From the sequence record NC_048173.1: a DNA stretch of 64,000 bases; one strand, given 5' to 3'. The position numbers were made by a program, and so were the translations under genes. Positions 23,906-33,279 of the stretch are shown in pieces (position 1 is the first letter of the stretch; each line of letters begins with the position of its first letter). Below the pieces are notes generated by a model. It made no database searches. It saw only the letters and a program-made list of their open reading frames with translations, and was not told the DNA's origin.

Positions 23906-26900
23906 TTATTTCGTCGAGCGTACCATCAGCATTGCATACGCTTTTTTGTTTGAGTAGTAAGAACAGTTTTCTGGTAAGTAAGTGATGCCGCGTGAATCCG
24001 CTGTCAAGAAGGCGGGTTGTCCTACCTCTGTTTGGATTTGTGCCTGCGTCAGCGTTGCCGAGGACAAGTCCCCGCGGGCAACACGCACTTTAGACAATGG
24101 GGAGACGTTATCAATTAACGACCCCAGCGTACTGTACATACCCGCAGGGTTAACCGTAGGGTGTGTCTGGAACGTATAAGTGCTTTTCGACTTATACAGA
24201 CCCAATACACCAACCATCGCGCCACCCAAGAAGAAATCGGTAGCAATGCCTTTCGCACGCATTAACGGCTCCAGTTGGGTCGTTTTACTTTGACCTAAGC
24301 TGTTGCTAACAACCACCGTCATAGCGTCGAAGTCGATAACAAACTTTTCCGTTACCGCATCTAAGCTGCTGACCGCACCGGGCTGAACCGTAAAGACGTT
24401 CCCGACACGAGTGATGACTATTGGCTTAACGACTAATTGAGAAAGCTTCTGGGTCGCAGACCGCGCAGTAACACCCGGAATGATAATCTGCGAACTCTTA
24501 CCTGCATCGATAACGACTGCATGGATAGTAGGCTGCCCAGAATCAGTTACCCAACCCCCCGCATCGGGGTTAGCAATGATGGAGAGGGTATGTTCCTCCG
24601 TTTTCACTTGTCGATAAGACAGCAACCAACCTAACCACCCGCCGTTGTCAGCGGTGGTATCAGTCGCAACCGTACCCCTCAAGGTATAACCCGCCTGCTT
24701 CTGAGAATGCACCAGACCGATAGCGTTGACCTGTCCAGCGCCATAATTGGTGAGCATCAAGGTTTGACCGGCCTGCGTCCACGTTGCGGTATTAAAGACA
24801 CTCTGCCAATCTCGGAGACCGTTAGTGAACCCGACTTTGTAGTTGCCGACAGCAGCAGGGATATTCCGAATACTGGACAGCCCCACGCTGTCTTTATCCA
24901 CCGTGGTCACGTTATGCGCATTTGGGTTATCCACATGTTCAGTGAACTCGCGGAAGCCACCTAAACGGGTAACGTTGTTAATGACCGCACGAACAATCGA
25001 GTCACCGTCCGTTACCACGGTGCCGATTTCGGTCAAGGTATCGTTTTCCTGACGGCGGGTCCCACTGATGGAGTACACTGCTGTACCGTCCGCTACCGCA
25101 TCAACGTATACGTAGAACGTTTTATTAGTATACGCACCCGGGAACAGGTCGACCAAGTTGTAAGACTTCGCCGCCACGGTACGTTTGCCACCGCAGTAGT
25201 AAGAGCTGGCAGGCAGGGAGACCATGTAGTCTTCAGTCTCCACGCCTTCAATCAGCCCGGTACCGGAATTGCCATAACGCAGGATGTTGATGACTGCCGG
25301 AGACAAGGTATCACTCGACTCGGTATCAACCGCATCCAACCGTGCAGACTGCGCCAATACTTCACGCCCGTCCAATGCAATAGTGGCATCGTTTTCAAGT
25401 CCGCCCAGTTTCACCAAGCCTTTGACCGTGGTCGTGGCATTGACAATACCGAACATGCTCGCGGGGTGGGTGTGGTTAGGGTCGTTTTCGTAGTCGGCAA
25501 TCAACGTTTCCATTGCGGTCGACATCGGCATCAACATGTCAGAGATATCCACCACTTCTGACAGTCCGTACATGGACTTGGACAGGGTGATAGAACCGGC
25601 GAGTTTAACACCGTTGATGTTCGCCGTGCCCTTCAACAGTTTACCGGTGAAGTTTGCGGCAAGCTTCGTAATCAGCGCCGGTGTAGCGGCCAGTGCAGAG
25701 CTGGTGCCGAAATCATCAGTTACCATACGCATGGCCAACGCACTTAAGTCAGCCGCCGACGGTTCTTTCCACGTGGCCACAAACGGACTGGAGCCAATGC
25801 CCTTACCGGTTAAGGTAATAGTCGCCGTACTGACACCCACGAACCCTGCAGCCGCAGCGCCCCCTTGAGGGATATACGGACCGACAGTATCGTGCGTTAA
25901 CAGCTTAGAACCGTTCCACGTTAAACCACGACCGTCGTTATACAGTCGCAGCACACCGGTACCCGCTTTGATATCAATGTACTGCGCAGCAGTGACAGAG
26001 ATGTTATCATTACGAGCAATCAGCCACGACTGCAGCTTATCGAACTTCGACAGGATGCGAATGTTGGAGGCATCAGAACCTTGCGTATGTTGGGTCAGAC
26101 CTTCGACGCCGACAATGGTTCCGCGCAGTAAACGCGCAGTGGTCTCACGACGCACTTTGGTGGCGAGGTTAGCCGCGGTAGGAGCCAGTCCATTGACGTA
26201 CGTGGTTAACTGGGGCAGCGTACGGTTATAGATACGCACCGCATCCGCAGAGATACCGTTACGCACCAACGCTTTAATCCAGCCAGCCTCTTCGTTGTGC
26301 GGGTTGTCCTTACGCAGGATATGCTCACGTGCCGGAGACTGGTCGAAGCTCTCGCGCAACAGTTTATACCAAACGGTTAACAGACCTTTGATATCCTCCG
26401 TAATGCCGGCTGTGAAACCTGGGCACTGAAGGATTTGCATATACCCAGTATTACGGAATTGCAGGGTGGTACGCAGGTCAGTCGTTCCTGCCAATCGTGC
26501 GGCGACGTTATATTGCGCGTACGTGTTGGCAATCGCTGCCGGTGGGTTGTTGTGTTCCACCTTCATTTTACCCAACACGCCCGTATCGTTGCTAATCTGC
26601 ACTTCTACGGATTGGTTAGGTTCTGAACGGGCAATGCGGATACGGAACGGTTTGGCAAAGTTAGCGGCGGGGAACGCGACAGTGGCGATATCGTAATACT
26701 GCCATGCACTCGAAACCGACACCATTAACTGAAGGCGGAAAGCACCATTGATGTGTCGCAGCCCAATACAGACAAACGGAACAGCCCAGCTATTGTCGAC
26801 TAAGCTGTTGAATGCTTCTTTTGTCACGTCCGTGTTCAATGCCGCTTTCGGCAGGTAATACTCAGCCTCGAAAACATAGTTCTCAAGGGCCGCGGCTTTC

Positions 26901-27535
26901 CCATTGCCAAAATCAAAGCGCCAAATGGTGTCCAGTGCAAAGTTGTGACGGCCTGTGGCGGCATCAAAGGTAACACGGGCTGCGCTATAGTCAGACGGTG
27001 GGTTGGCAGAGACGCTCGTTAATAACGGGTCTTTCTGGGGCTGCTTGTATTTCAGACCGTCGGCTAATACACCAAGGGCATCCATCAGCTCGCGCTCACC
27101 GCACCAGTTATCCCAGTCAAACTGAACATCGACCGGTGGGAAATACGGGTCACCTACAACGTCTTCCCAATACTTATCGGTGAAGACGGTGTTCCCGGCA
27201 ATAAAAGCAGTTTTTTGTGCTGCCGTAGCAGCATTGATTCCTACGGGATGGTAGGTCACTGTTAATGCACGAGAAACGGTATCGTCAATGACTAAAATCG
27301 CACCGTGAATACGACGGGCAGTACGCAGCACCCCGGTGGCATACGGCAACACTTTATAGTAGTGTACCTGCTCTTGGAGTTCCTTCGTACCATCGAAAAG
27401 CTTGAACTCAAGGTCGGTGTAGAACGGACCGTGGGTTGGGAAAATAAGTCGCGGGCCAGTAGCGGGCAGAGTTTGTGCTTCTTTTGTCTGCACGTTTTCC
27501 GCTACAGTCCCATGTGGATCAAACACGACAGACAT
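23906..27535 (-). CDS. Giant tail-fibre-like protein (1209 aa)
   Basis: FDPHGT N-domain. HILRKDNPH, HTHPAS and HVDNPNAH motifs. AAGGAG RBS. Confidence 0.75.
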   Translation of the reverse strand: MSVVFDPHGTVAENVQTKEAQTLPATGPRLIFPTHGPFYTDLEFKLFDGTKELQEQVHYYKVLPYATGVLRTARRIHGAILVIDDTVSRALTVTYHPVGINAATAAQKTAFIAGNTVFTDKYWEDVVGDPYFPPVDVQFDWDNWCGERELMDALGVLADGLKYKQPQKDPLLTSVSANPPSDYSAARVTFDAATGRHNFALDTIWRFDFGNGKAAALENYVFEAEYYLPKAALNTDVTKEAFNSLVDNSWAVPFVCIGLRHINGAFRLQLMVSVSSAWQYYDIATVAFPAANFAKPFRIRIARSEPNQSVEVQISNDTGVLGKMKVEHNNPPAAIANTYAQYNVAARLAGTTDLRTTLQFRNTGYMQILQCPGFTAGITEDIKGLLTVWYKLLRESFDQSPAREHILRKDNPHNEEAGWIKALVRNGISADAVRIYNRTLPQLTTYVNGLAPTAANLATKVRRETTARLLRGTIVGVEGLTQHTQGSDASNIRILSKFDKLQSWLIARNDNISVTAAQYIDIKAGTGVLRLYNDGRGLTWNGSKLLTHDTVGPYIPQGGAAAAGFVGVSTATITLTGKGIGSSPFVATWKEPSAADLSALAMRMVTDDFGTSSALAATPALITKLAANFTGKLLKGTANINGVKLAGSITLSKSMYGLSEVVDISDMLMPMSTAMETLIADYENDPNHTHPASMFGIVNATTTVKGLVKLGGLENDATIALDGREVLAQSARLDAVDTESSDTLSPAVINILRYGNSGTGLIEGVETEDYMVSLPASSYYCGGKRTVAAKSYNLVDLFPGAYTNKTFYVYVDAVADGTAVYSISGTRRQENDTLTEIGTVVTDGDSIVRAVINNVTRLGGFREFTEHVDNPNAHNVTTVDKDSVGLSSIRNIPAAVGNYKVGFTNGLRDWQSVFNTATWTQAGQTLMLTNYGAGQVNAIGLVHSQKQAGYTLRGTVATDTTADNGGWLGWLLSYRQVKTEEHTLSIIANPDAGGWVTDSGQPTIHAVVIDAGKSSQIIIPGVTARSATQKLSQLVVKPIVITRVGNVFTVQPGAVSSLDAVTEKFVIDFDAMTVVVSNSLGQSKTTQLEPLMRAKGIATDFFLGGAMVGVLGLYKSKSTYTFQTHPTVNPAGMYSTLGSLIDNVSPLSKVRVARGDLSSATLTQAQIQTEVGQPAFLTADSRGITYLPENCSYYSNKKAYAMLMVRSTK

Positions 27536-27604
27536 GGATTACTCCTTTGTAAACTGGGCCACCGAGGGTCATATTATGACCTTTCTTCTAACGAGGAACC
27601 CCTG

Positions 27605-28852
27605 ATGGAAGCGATTTATCAAGTGCGGTCTGACAACGCTTTCGGCTATAATCGCAGTACCCGCATTTGGGAAAATGTTGATATCACGCTGCCGATTAAG
27701 ACGTTGCTCGACCAGTATCATGAAATTGAAGTCGGGATTACTGACTTTAAATCAGACCCCTTTACTTTTTTTACCCAATTGCATTTGTCTGCACTCAGTA
27801 ATTTCACTGGTAACCTTCAGGCGTGGTTTACCTCGAAAGCCGGTATTGCACTGACGACATTGAAAGCCGGTTTCCCCACGCTGGAGTTCAATCACGCCTA
27901 CTACCAGTCCCTGTTCTGGGATATCGGTATCAAAACTCATATCTGCCCGCCGGGCACGCACTTCACGCAGGACTTCGCACTGGATGACGCGACGGATGTC
28001 GTTATTGAAGTGGAGAAGGAAAGCTCTGAACTCTACAACAACTACGCTCTGTACAACATTGATGGTTACTGGGTACCGCACGTCTATGACGATGCGGGTG
28101 TTCGTCTTACCGCGGCCGGAAAAATTGTGAAACGCAGCGGACGGGTGTCAGTTGGCTGCCTGGTGATGAAACATATCGCCAAAGTCAAGACCATACCGAT
28201 TACAGACGATATGTTATTCCGTGTTGACAGTTCACTGGAATGGACGTCTAACCTGCTTCTGAAGGTCGGCACGGGACTGACAGGCAAAACCGTCGGGTTG
28301 GTGATTGGTGGCGTCCTGCGTTGGCTGAAGCCCTCTCAGATACTGTCTGACACCACTGCTACCGTATCGCTGTCCAATCTTAACCTGTTAAAGCAGCTTC
28401 TGATGTCCGATACGCATTACGACTGGGATGCGTTGGGGCTGGGTGACTTCGCTTCACCTTCATCAGTTGCCAAACTACGGAACACCGAAACCCTGCGGGC
28501 GTTACTGAAACACGAGTCCTCCTTCTTGGTGACCGTCGATACCCCGTATCTGGAAATCAGTGAAGACTACGTGAACCACACGGCAAACGTCGGTATCTTC
28601 TATTACGCCGATAAAGACGGTGACAAAACCCTGGGCGTGTTGACCAACGACTTGGGCAAGTGCATTGACTACTGGCCTATCTGGGAAGAAGGGGAATGGA
28701 CGCTGAACACCAATGAACTGTCCAGTCCGAACTATGTCGCCTTCACCTCGAAGTGGCAAGGACACCATGCAGTCAACGATGCACAACGTCACACCGACCC
28801 GTGGAGTAAACCGATGACCAAGATGTCGCAGTTTCGATCCAGAAAAAAATAA
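27605..28852 (+). CDS. Putative virion structural protein (415 aa)
   Basis: Start moved to ATG 27605 (GAGGA RBS), removing the overlap with the divergent fibre gene. Structural role inferred from context. Confidence 0.65.
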   Translation: MEAIYQVRSDNAFGYNRSTRIWENVDITLPIKTLLDQYHEIEVGITDFKSDPFTFFTQLHLSALSNFTGNLQAWFTSKAGIALTTLKAGFPTLEFNHAYYQSLFWDIGIKTHICPPGTHFTQDFALDDATDVVIEVEKESSELYNNYALYNIDGYWVPHVYDDAGVRLTAAGKIVKRSGRVSVGCLVMKHIAKVKTIPITDDMLFRVDSSLEWTSNLLLKVGTGLTGKTVGLVIGGVLRWLKPSQILSDTTATVSLSNLNLLKQLLMSDTHYDWDALGLGDFASPSSVAKLRNTETLRALLKHESSFLVTVDTPYLEISEDYVNHTANVGIFYYADKDGDKTLGVLTNDLGKCIDYWPIWEEGEWTLNTNELSSPNYVAFTSKWQGHHAVNDAQRHTDPWSKPMTKMSQFRSRKK

Positions 28853-28895
28853 GAGTAACTACTCTCCCATCGGGAGAGTAGTGCTTTCTTTTTTT
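28843..28895. terminator. Bidirectional intrinsic terminator (near copy of 5028-5068)
   Basis: A-tract, ACTACTCTCCC-ATC-GGGAGAGTAGT hairpin and T-tract between convergent genes. Confidence 0.85.
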
Positions 28896-29100
28896 ACGCG
28901 TCTGCTTTGTACACAGTTGCGTTGCCGAACATTTTGTTGTCACCGCCAGCGGCAGTAATAACGATAGCGTCGCCGCCCAGCTCGGCTGCTTTCGCTTCCA
29001 GTGCTTTCTCGACGTCATTCAGAGTAGCTTTACCAGAAACAGACACGGTGCCGATTTCAGAGTAGCCAGCCGGTACAGAACCTTTTGCGAACTGTTGCAT
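28894..29100 (-). CDS. DUF1471 (YdgH/BhsA/McbA)-like small protein without signal peptide
   Basis: GAGGA RBS, ATG 29100. IGTVSVSG..TL.D.E.AL..KA.E.G....IT.A.G.NK..G.A.VYK follows the DUF1471 pattern. Confidence 0.7.
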   Translation of the reverse strand: MQQFAKGSVPAGYSEIGTVSVSGKATLNDVEKALEAKAAELGGDAIVITAAGGDNKMFGNATVYKADA

Positions 29101-29415
29101 AACATCATCCTCAGTTGTGGGTGAACGACAAGACACAATGCCTTTCGCTCTATGTGCATACTAAGGCAAACAAAAAATTAGAATTCCCCCTAGACGAGGT
29201 TGGCGCGAATCATTTATCGGCCGAAACAAGTCGTAGGGGGTATTCATTCTTTTGGTTCGCATCGGCAATCGCAATCGCGTATCGAATCCACAGGCACGCA
29301 TGCCAGTAATGGGCTAATCAAAGCCTCTGTAAGTTTCAAATTGTGGGCACTACTATTTGCACTGATTAAACAGTTCATGTTGCATATAATAGTAACCAAT
29401 GTTGTTATTGGATTT

Positions 29416-30324
29416 TTACTTCGGTGTAGAGACGTCTTTACCGTCACCTTGCTCGGTGTGAACGTGTAGCGTAAAGGTAATACCGTTGATGATAGCCTCG
29501 GTAACCGTGAAGGTGCCTTTACCGTAACCCTTACCGTTGTAAGTGAAGTCTTTGCCAACAAGTTTGTTACCGGTCGACTCATGCATCGGCGTATCATGCG
29601 TCACTTTGGTCTTGGCTACCGTGGTTGCGGTGTCGCATTCCACTAACCACTCTTTCGTCTTCCAGTGAATCTTATCTTTCGCCCAACCGTAGACCTCATC
29701 ACGGAACATGTGCATCTTGGTACCGAATGAGTTCTCTGAACCGATATCCCCTTCTTCCGACGCCATCCAGATTTTGTTTCCTGCATCGTCCATGATAACC
29801 ACTTTGGACTCTTCAGTGTCAATCTGCAAGTCGTAGCCAAACTTCTCCCCGTTCATCTTGGAGGTGTGCAGGGTGATATGTTTGTCTTCAGGCGAGAACG
29901 CCATCCAATAGGCGTTGGCCAAGTTATTGACCATCCCGCCGTTCGGGTCAGCACCAAAGGCAAAGACAACGTGCTCTAAACGTTTCACGTTCATGCAGTT
30001 CATGTCTTCCCAGTAATAGATATCCGTCTCACCTAAACGGCGCAGGTGAACTTGGTCACCTTTCTTGACGTCCGGTGAAGTCACCCGGTTACTGTTAAGA
30101 TGCAGCCACGTCGCGTCAATGGTTTTACCCATGGTGACCTTCAGGTTGTCCTGGGCACCCTTCGCGTTCTTGTAGCTCATCTCAATTTCAGCTTCTTTGG
30201 TATCGATAGTTGTCGCGTTGGCGAAGTTAACCTCGATTGGGATGACCTTGATGACGTCCGTACCCCGAGCTTTATCTTCCGCAACGATACCGTAGCTGTA
30301 GGGCTTCAGTTGTGAAATTTCCAT
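29416..30324 (-). CDS. Baseplate central spike (gpV/gp5-like)
   Basis: N-terminal OB-fold-like region, beta-repeat middle and C-terminal LHVHTEQGDG..STP apex HxH motif. GAGG RBS. Confidence 0.7.
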   Translation of the reverse strand: MEISQLKPYSYGIVAEDKARGTDVIKVIPIEVNFANATTIDTKEAEIEMSYKNAKGAQDNLKVTMGKTIDATWLHLNSNRVTSPDVKKGDQVHLRRLGETDIYYWEDMNCMNVKRLEHVVFAFGADPNGGMVNNLANAYWMAFSPEDKHITLHTSKMNGEKFGYDLQIDTEESKVVIMDDAGNKIWMASEEGDIGSENSFGTKMHMFRDEVYGWAKDKIHWKTKEWLVECDTATTVAKTKVTHDTPMHESTGNKLVGKDFTYNGKGYGKGTFTVTEAIINGITFTLHVHTEQGDGKDVSTPK

Positions 30325-30518
30325 TAGTCACCTCGTTGTACGTTACATAGTAAATCTTTTCTCTTATTTTTTACGTTACGACCCTAGGTTATAGAGGGAT
30401 ACGTGAAAGACGGTTTCTGGGGAGAGGGGGCTTTTAATACACGGAGCGTAGCGACATCCTTGTTCTTAATGTTTTCATCTAGCCTTCCTCCTTATCCGTC
30501 TTTTTCTAATGAATTTAT

Positions 30519-30546
30519 TTTCAGATATATATTACCTACGTGATAA
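30519..30546 (+). promoter_or_regulatory. Putative phage early promoter
   Basis: TTTCAGATATATATTAC..TGATAA. Contains TATATTAC (30528-30535), the phiKZ early-promoter motif as recalled. Confidence 0.65.
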
Positions 30547-30623
30547 GGACCATGTGTTCTTTAACTCCCCGCTTTCCTTTAGTGAATTGACCGGGGCTCT
30601 GAGACTACTGTGAGGATTTAAAC

Positions 30624-31694
30624 ATGCGCAATGAAAAACTGGTACGTGGTATTGAAACTCTGCTGAATCGTTTAGCCGACAAACAAGTCGACTTCGAGGA
30701 CTTCGGCAAAGAACTGGCAACCCTGTTGGCCGCCGTCGATAACCGTAACTGGGCTGTGGTGGAGGTGCCGACTATCTCCCAACTGAATTGGCTTGCCGAA
30801 TGGGCGAGCTCCAATCATGGGATTGATACTACCCAGTCGGGTACGGGGACTTCGTTACACTCCGCCTTACAGGGGGTGTCTGATGCTATCTACGCCCCGT
30901 ACGGTGACGGGAGACCAGAATGGTTTGCATTCTACACTGGCAAGAAACTGCTGGTTAAACAGGCCATCCGTGGGGAGACTCTGTACGCTGCGGTATTAGA
31001 GCAGCGAGAAACCACAGAACACGACAGCACCGGTGAAAAGGTAACGCTACCGGAAGGCCGCTTTAACGGCCATTTACTGGCGCTGCGTGACCGGGTGAAA
31101 GACAGCTACTCGGATTTGGCTACCCGCAGTGTGGTACGGGAAGCGTTGGTGCATGCGATTAATCGCAGTACCGGGATGCGGTGGAAACTGACAGAGGTGC
31201 AGTTGTCTGCGGGTGGGATGATTGAAGGCTTATTCGCCGCCACTTTCCCTTCAGATGATCTGTTACAAACCTTAGCGAAATATGTTCGCGACGGTGTGCA
31301 GGAGTTCTACAGCACAAAAATCACTGTAGTTCCGTCAATGAAAACTGGCATGGTCGGCATGGCGCGATGCATGGAAGTATGTTTGGAAGCACGCGACACA
31401 GATATGGTCTATCGCGTCAACGCGTTAATGACGCTGGACGATGTGGACATGTTCGACATGGTTGACAACACTCCTACACCGAGTTTGTCAGACCAACACA
31501 TTTTGGAATCGATTCCAGACTCAGGTGACCGGAGCCGTAATGAGCCGGTGTATCTGATGTCGGCGAAAGCCACACGCTCTTTATTAGACGGCCGTTTACT
31601 CGACCGTTCCCTTGACGACATTCGCCGTGTCGCAAAGCAGCAGGGGTGGAGCGATGTGCAAGCGTTTGGGCAGCAACTGCTGTTCTCATGCTAA
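30624..31694 (+). CDS. Hypothetical protein (356 aa)
   Basis: Long ORF with GAGGA RBS, first gene after the promoter. Confidence 0.8.
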   Translation: MRNEKLVRGIETLLNRLADKQVDFEDFGKELATLLAAVDNRNWAVVEVPTISQLNWLAEWASSNHGIDTTQSGTGTSLHSALQGVSDAIYAPYGDGRPEWFAFYTGKKLLVKQAIRGETLYAAVLEQRETTEHDSTGEKVTLPEGRFNGHLLALRDRVKDSYSDLATRSVVREALVHAINRSTGMRWKLTEVQLSAGGMIEGLFAATFPSDDLLQTLAKYVRDGVQEFYSTKITVVPSMKTGMVGMARCMEVCLEARDTDMVYRVNALMTLDDVDMFDMVDNTPTPSLSDQHILESIPDSGDRSRNEPVYLMSAKATRSLLDGRLLDRSLDDIRRVAKQQGWSDVQAFGQQLLFSC

Positions 31695-31711
31695 AACTAT
31701 AAGCAGTAGGA

Positions 31712-31739
31712 TTGGGGTGTCACAGACACCCCAACTTTT
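31712..31739 (+). terminator. Intrinsic terminator
   Basis: TTGGGGTGTC-ACA-GACACCCCAA followed by CTTTT. Confidence 0.65.
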
Positions 31740-31767
31740 AAATTCGTTGCCTTAAGAGGTACCAAGT

Positions 31768-32055
31768 ATGTTTGACTTTATTAATAAACTGATTATCGCC
31801 GCGTCGCTGTCCAATAAGGAATCTACAGCTTACCTCCGTGCAAACACTGAACTCGGACGTTGGTTGTTTCGCCGTGATAATCGTATCGATTTAGATAAAG
31901 TTCAACGTTTAGTCAATGAAGACTACGACGTTCGGTTTATTACCCGCCACCCTGAATCCCACGTGGCGTTGCGTGATGCTAACACTAAAACCGGCGACGT
32001 TGTCGTTATCAAACATAACGGGACGGAGTTCGAATACGAATACCGCCTCGAATAA
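31768..32055 (+). CDS. Hypothetical protein (95 aa)
   Basis: AGAGG RBS, co-oriented with neighbours. Confidence 0.7.
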   Translation: MFDFINKLIIAASLSNKESTAYLRANTELGRWLFRRDNRIDLDKVQRLVNEDYDVRFITRHPESHVALRDANTKTGDVVVIKHNGTEFEYEYRLE

Positions 32056-32082
32056 AATTTAATTTTAATCGGAGTGTGTAAG

Positions 32083-32652
32083 ATGAATCATAAGCTGAAC
32101 TTTAGTCGTTCTCTGGCGGTGCGTACCACTGTCGAGGATTATTCTGCTACGGAGCTGTGCGCTTTAATGAAGTCTATTGAAGTTAGTAACTCTGCAAGAG
32201 TAGTGGCCCTTAATGGCACACGTGAAATGCTGGAAGCCGTCTTAAACACTCCGCAACTAAACTACTATCTGCGTTGTAACTATAAGGCAGTGATCGATGC
32301 TGTTGAAATGGGACGCTGTAGCTTTAAACAATGGGACGCTCCTGCCCGTGCAACTGTGGTGGTGACTGATCATCCTCAAGGCGCACGTGTAAGCATTCTG
32401 GGCACCGAGATGTCGGTGGTTGTTCCAGATGGTTTTGTGGAGAAGTATACTGTGGAGCAAAACAGTGTGGACGGAGTCTTCTTGGACTCTGACCGCTTTG
32501 ATTTTGTCTTCGCCTTCCCTGCGGCTGTTTCTTGCTACCACCCACTTATCAAAATGTTGCGCGAAGCATCACAGCACCTCGAGTGTATTGACAGCTTCCG
32601 TTCTATAGACACGTTAGGACAAACGGAGAGCGCTCTGCGTCTATTTGCCTAA
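32083..32652 (+). CDS. Hypothetical protein
   Basis: GGAG RBS before ATG 32083. Confidence 0.7.
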   Translation: MNHKLNFSRSLAVRTTVEDYSATELCALMKSIEVSNSARVVALNGTREMLEAVLNTPQLNYYLRCNYKAVIDAVEMGRCSFKQWDAPARATVVVTDHPQGARVSILGTEMSVVVPDGFVEKYTVEQNSVDGVFLDSDRFDFVFAFPAAVSCYHPLIKMLREASQHLECIDSFRSIDTLGQTESALRLFA

Positions 32653-32677
32653 CCTCGGCACCATCTGAGGAGTAATT

Positions 32678-33190
32678 ATGTTTAACCTTACCCGTATGAA
32701 CAAAGTATCCCCTGCACAATTAGCGGCCATGGCGTCCACGCTGTGCCAGATGCAGGATTTAGAGCTGCGTATCTTAAACGGTACCGGCAGTATTGAGAAG
32801 GCAGCCCGCCAAATCAATATCCGTCTGTACACCGCAGCGCAACGAAGTGGTGCATTCCACAAATCGTTGTTTGCATTACCGATGGTTACCGCGTACAGCG
32901 ACAATCACGGTTTGCCGTTCAATCGGGACTTCCCCCTGCAGTTGAACCTGTGTCAGTACGTGGCGTACAAACCGCTGTTCGGGGATGTGCGTATCCGTAA
33001 CTTACAAACCGGTGAAGAGTTTGTTACCTCTAACCGGGGGATTCCGCTCATGGAGAAGTTTGGGGATATTCTGGTGTTCAACGGGGCAAGGGTCCTGAAC
33101 AACACTCCGTACGAAGACATTACTGGCACTTACTACCCAGCCAATCCCGTTAAAGAAGTTGAAGAAGACGACGAACTGGTAATGGGTTAA
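32678..33190 (+). CDS. Hypothetical protein (170 aa)
   Basis: GAGGAG RBS. Confidence 0.75.
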   Translation: MFNLTRMNKVSPAQLAAMASTLCQMQDLELRILNGTGSIEKAARQINIRLYTAAQRSGAFHKSLFALPMVTAYSDNHGLPFNRDFPLQLNLCQYVAYKPLFGDVRIRNLQTGEEFVTSNRGIPLMEKFGDILVFNGARVLNNTPYEDITGTYYPANPVKEVEEDDELVMG

Positions 33191-33221
33191 ACGTGCCCAA
33201 CGTTAGGTTCAAGGTGAACCG

Positions 33222-33252
33222 GGAGGACAGGGAACTGTCCTCCTCTTTTTTT
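33222..33252 (+). terminator. Intrinsic terminator
   Basis: GGAGGACAG-GGAA-CTGTCCTCC followed by TCTTTTTTT. Confidence 0.85.
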
Positions 33253-33279
33253 CTAATCCTAAAAAACTGTGGAGCAATC

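Noticed and set aside
27305-27604. N-terminal extension of the 27305-28852 ORF
   Set aside because: It overlaps the start of the divergent fibre gene and has no RBS. ATG 27605 has GAGGA.
29244-29597. Minus-strand ORF ending in CDCRC (possible extra Cys peptide)
   Set aside because: It overlaps the spike gene, and its internal ATG lacks an RBS. It has no MAVSLN leader or Cxxx periodicity, and its end overlaps a hairpin element.
30442-30470. tRNA-like start CGGAGCGTAGCG
   Set aside because: No D-loop GG, anticodon arm, TTC T-loop or acceptor complement follows. No tRNA was recognised anywhere in the window.
33193-33279. N-terminal extension of the 33193-34116 ORF
   Set aside because: It runs through a clear terminator. 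ATG 33280 has a GGAG RBS.
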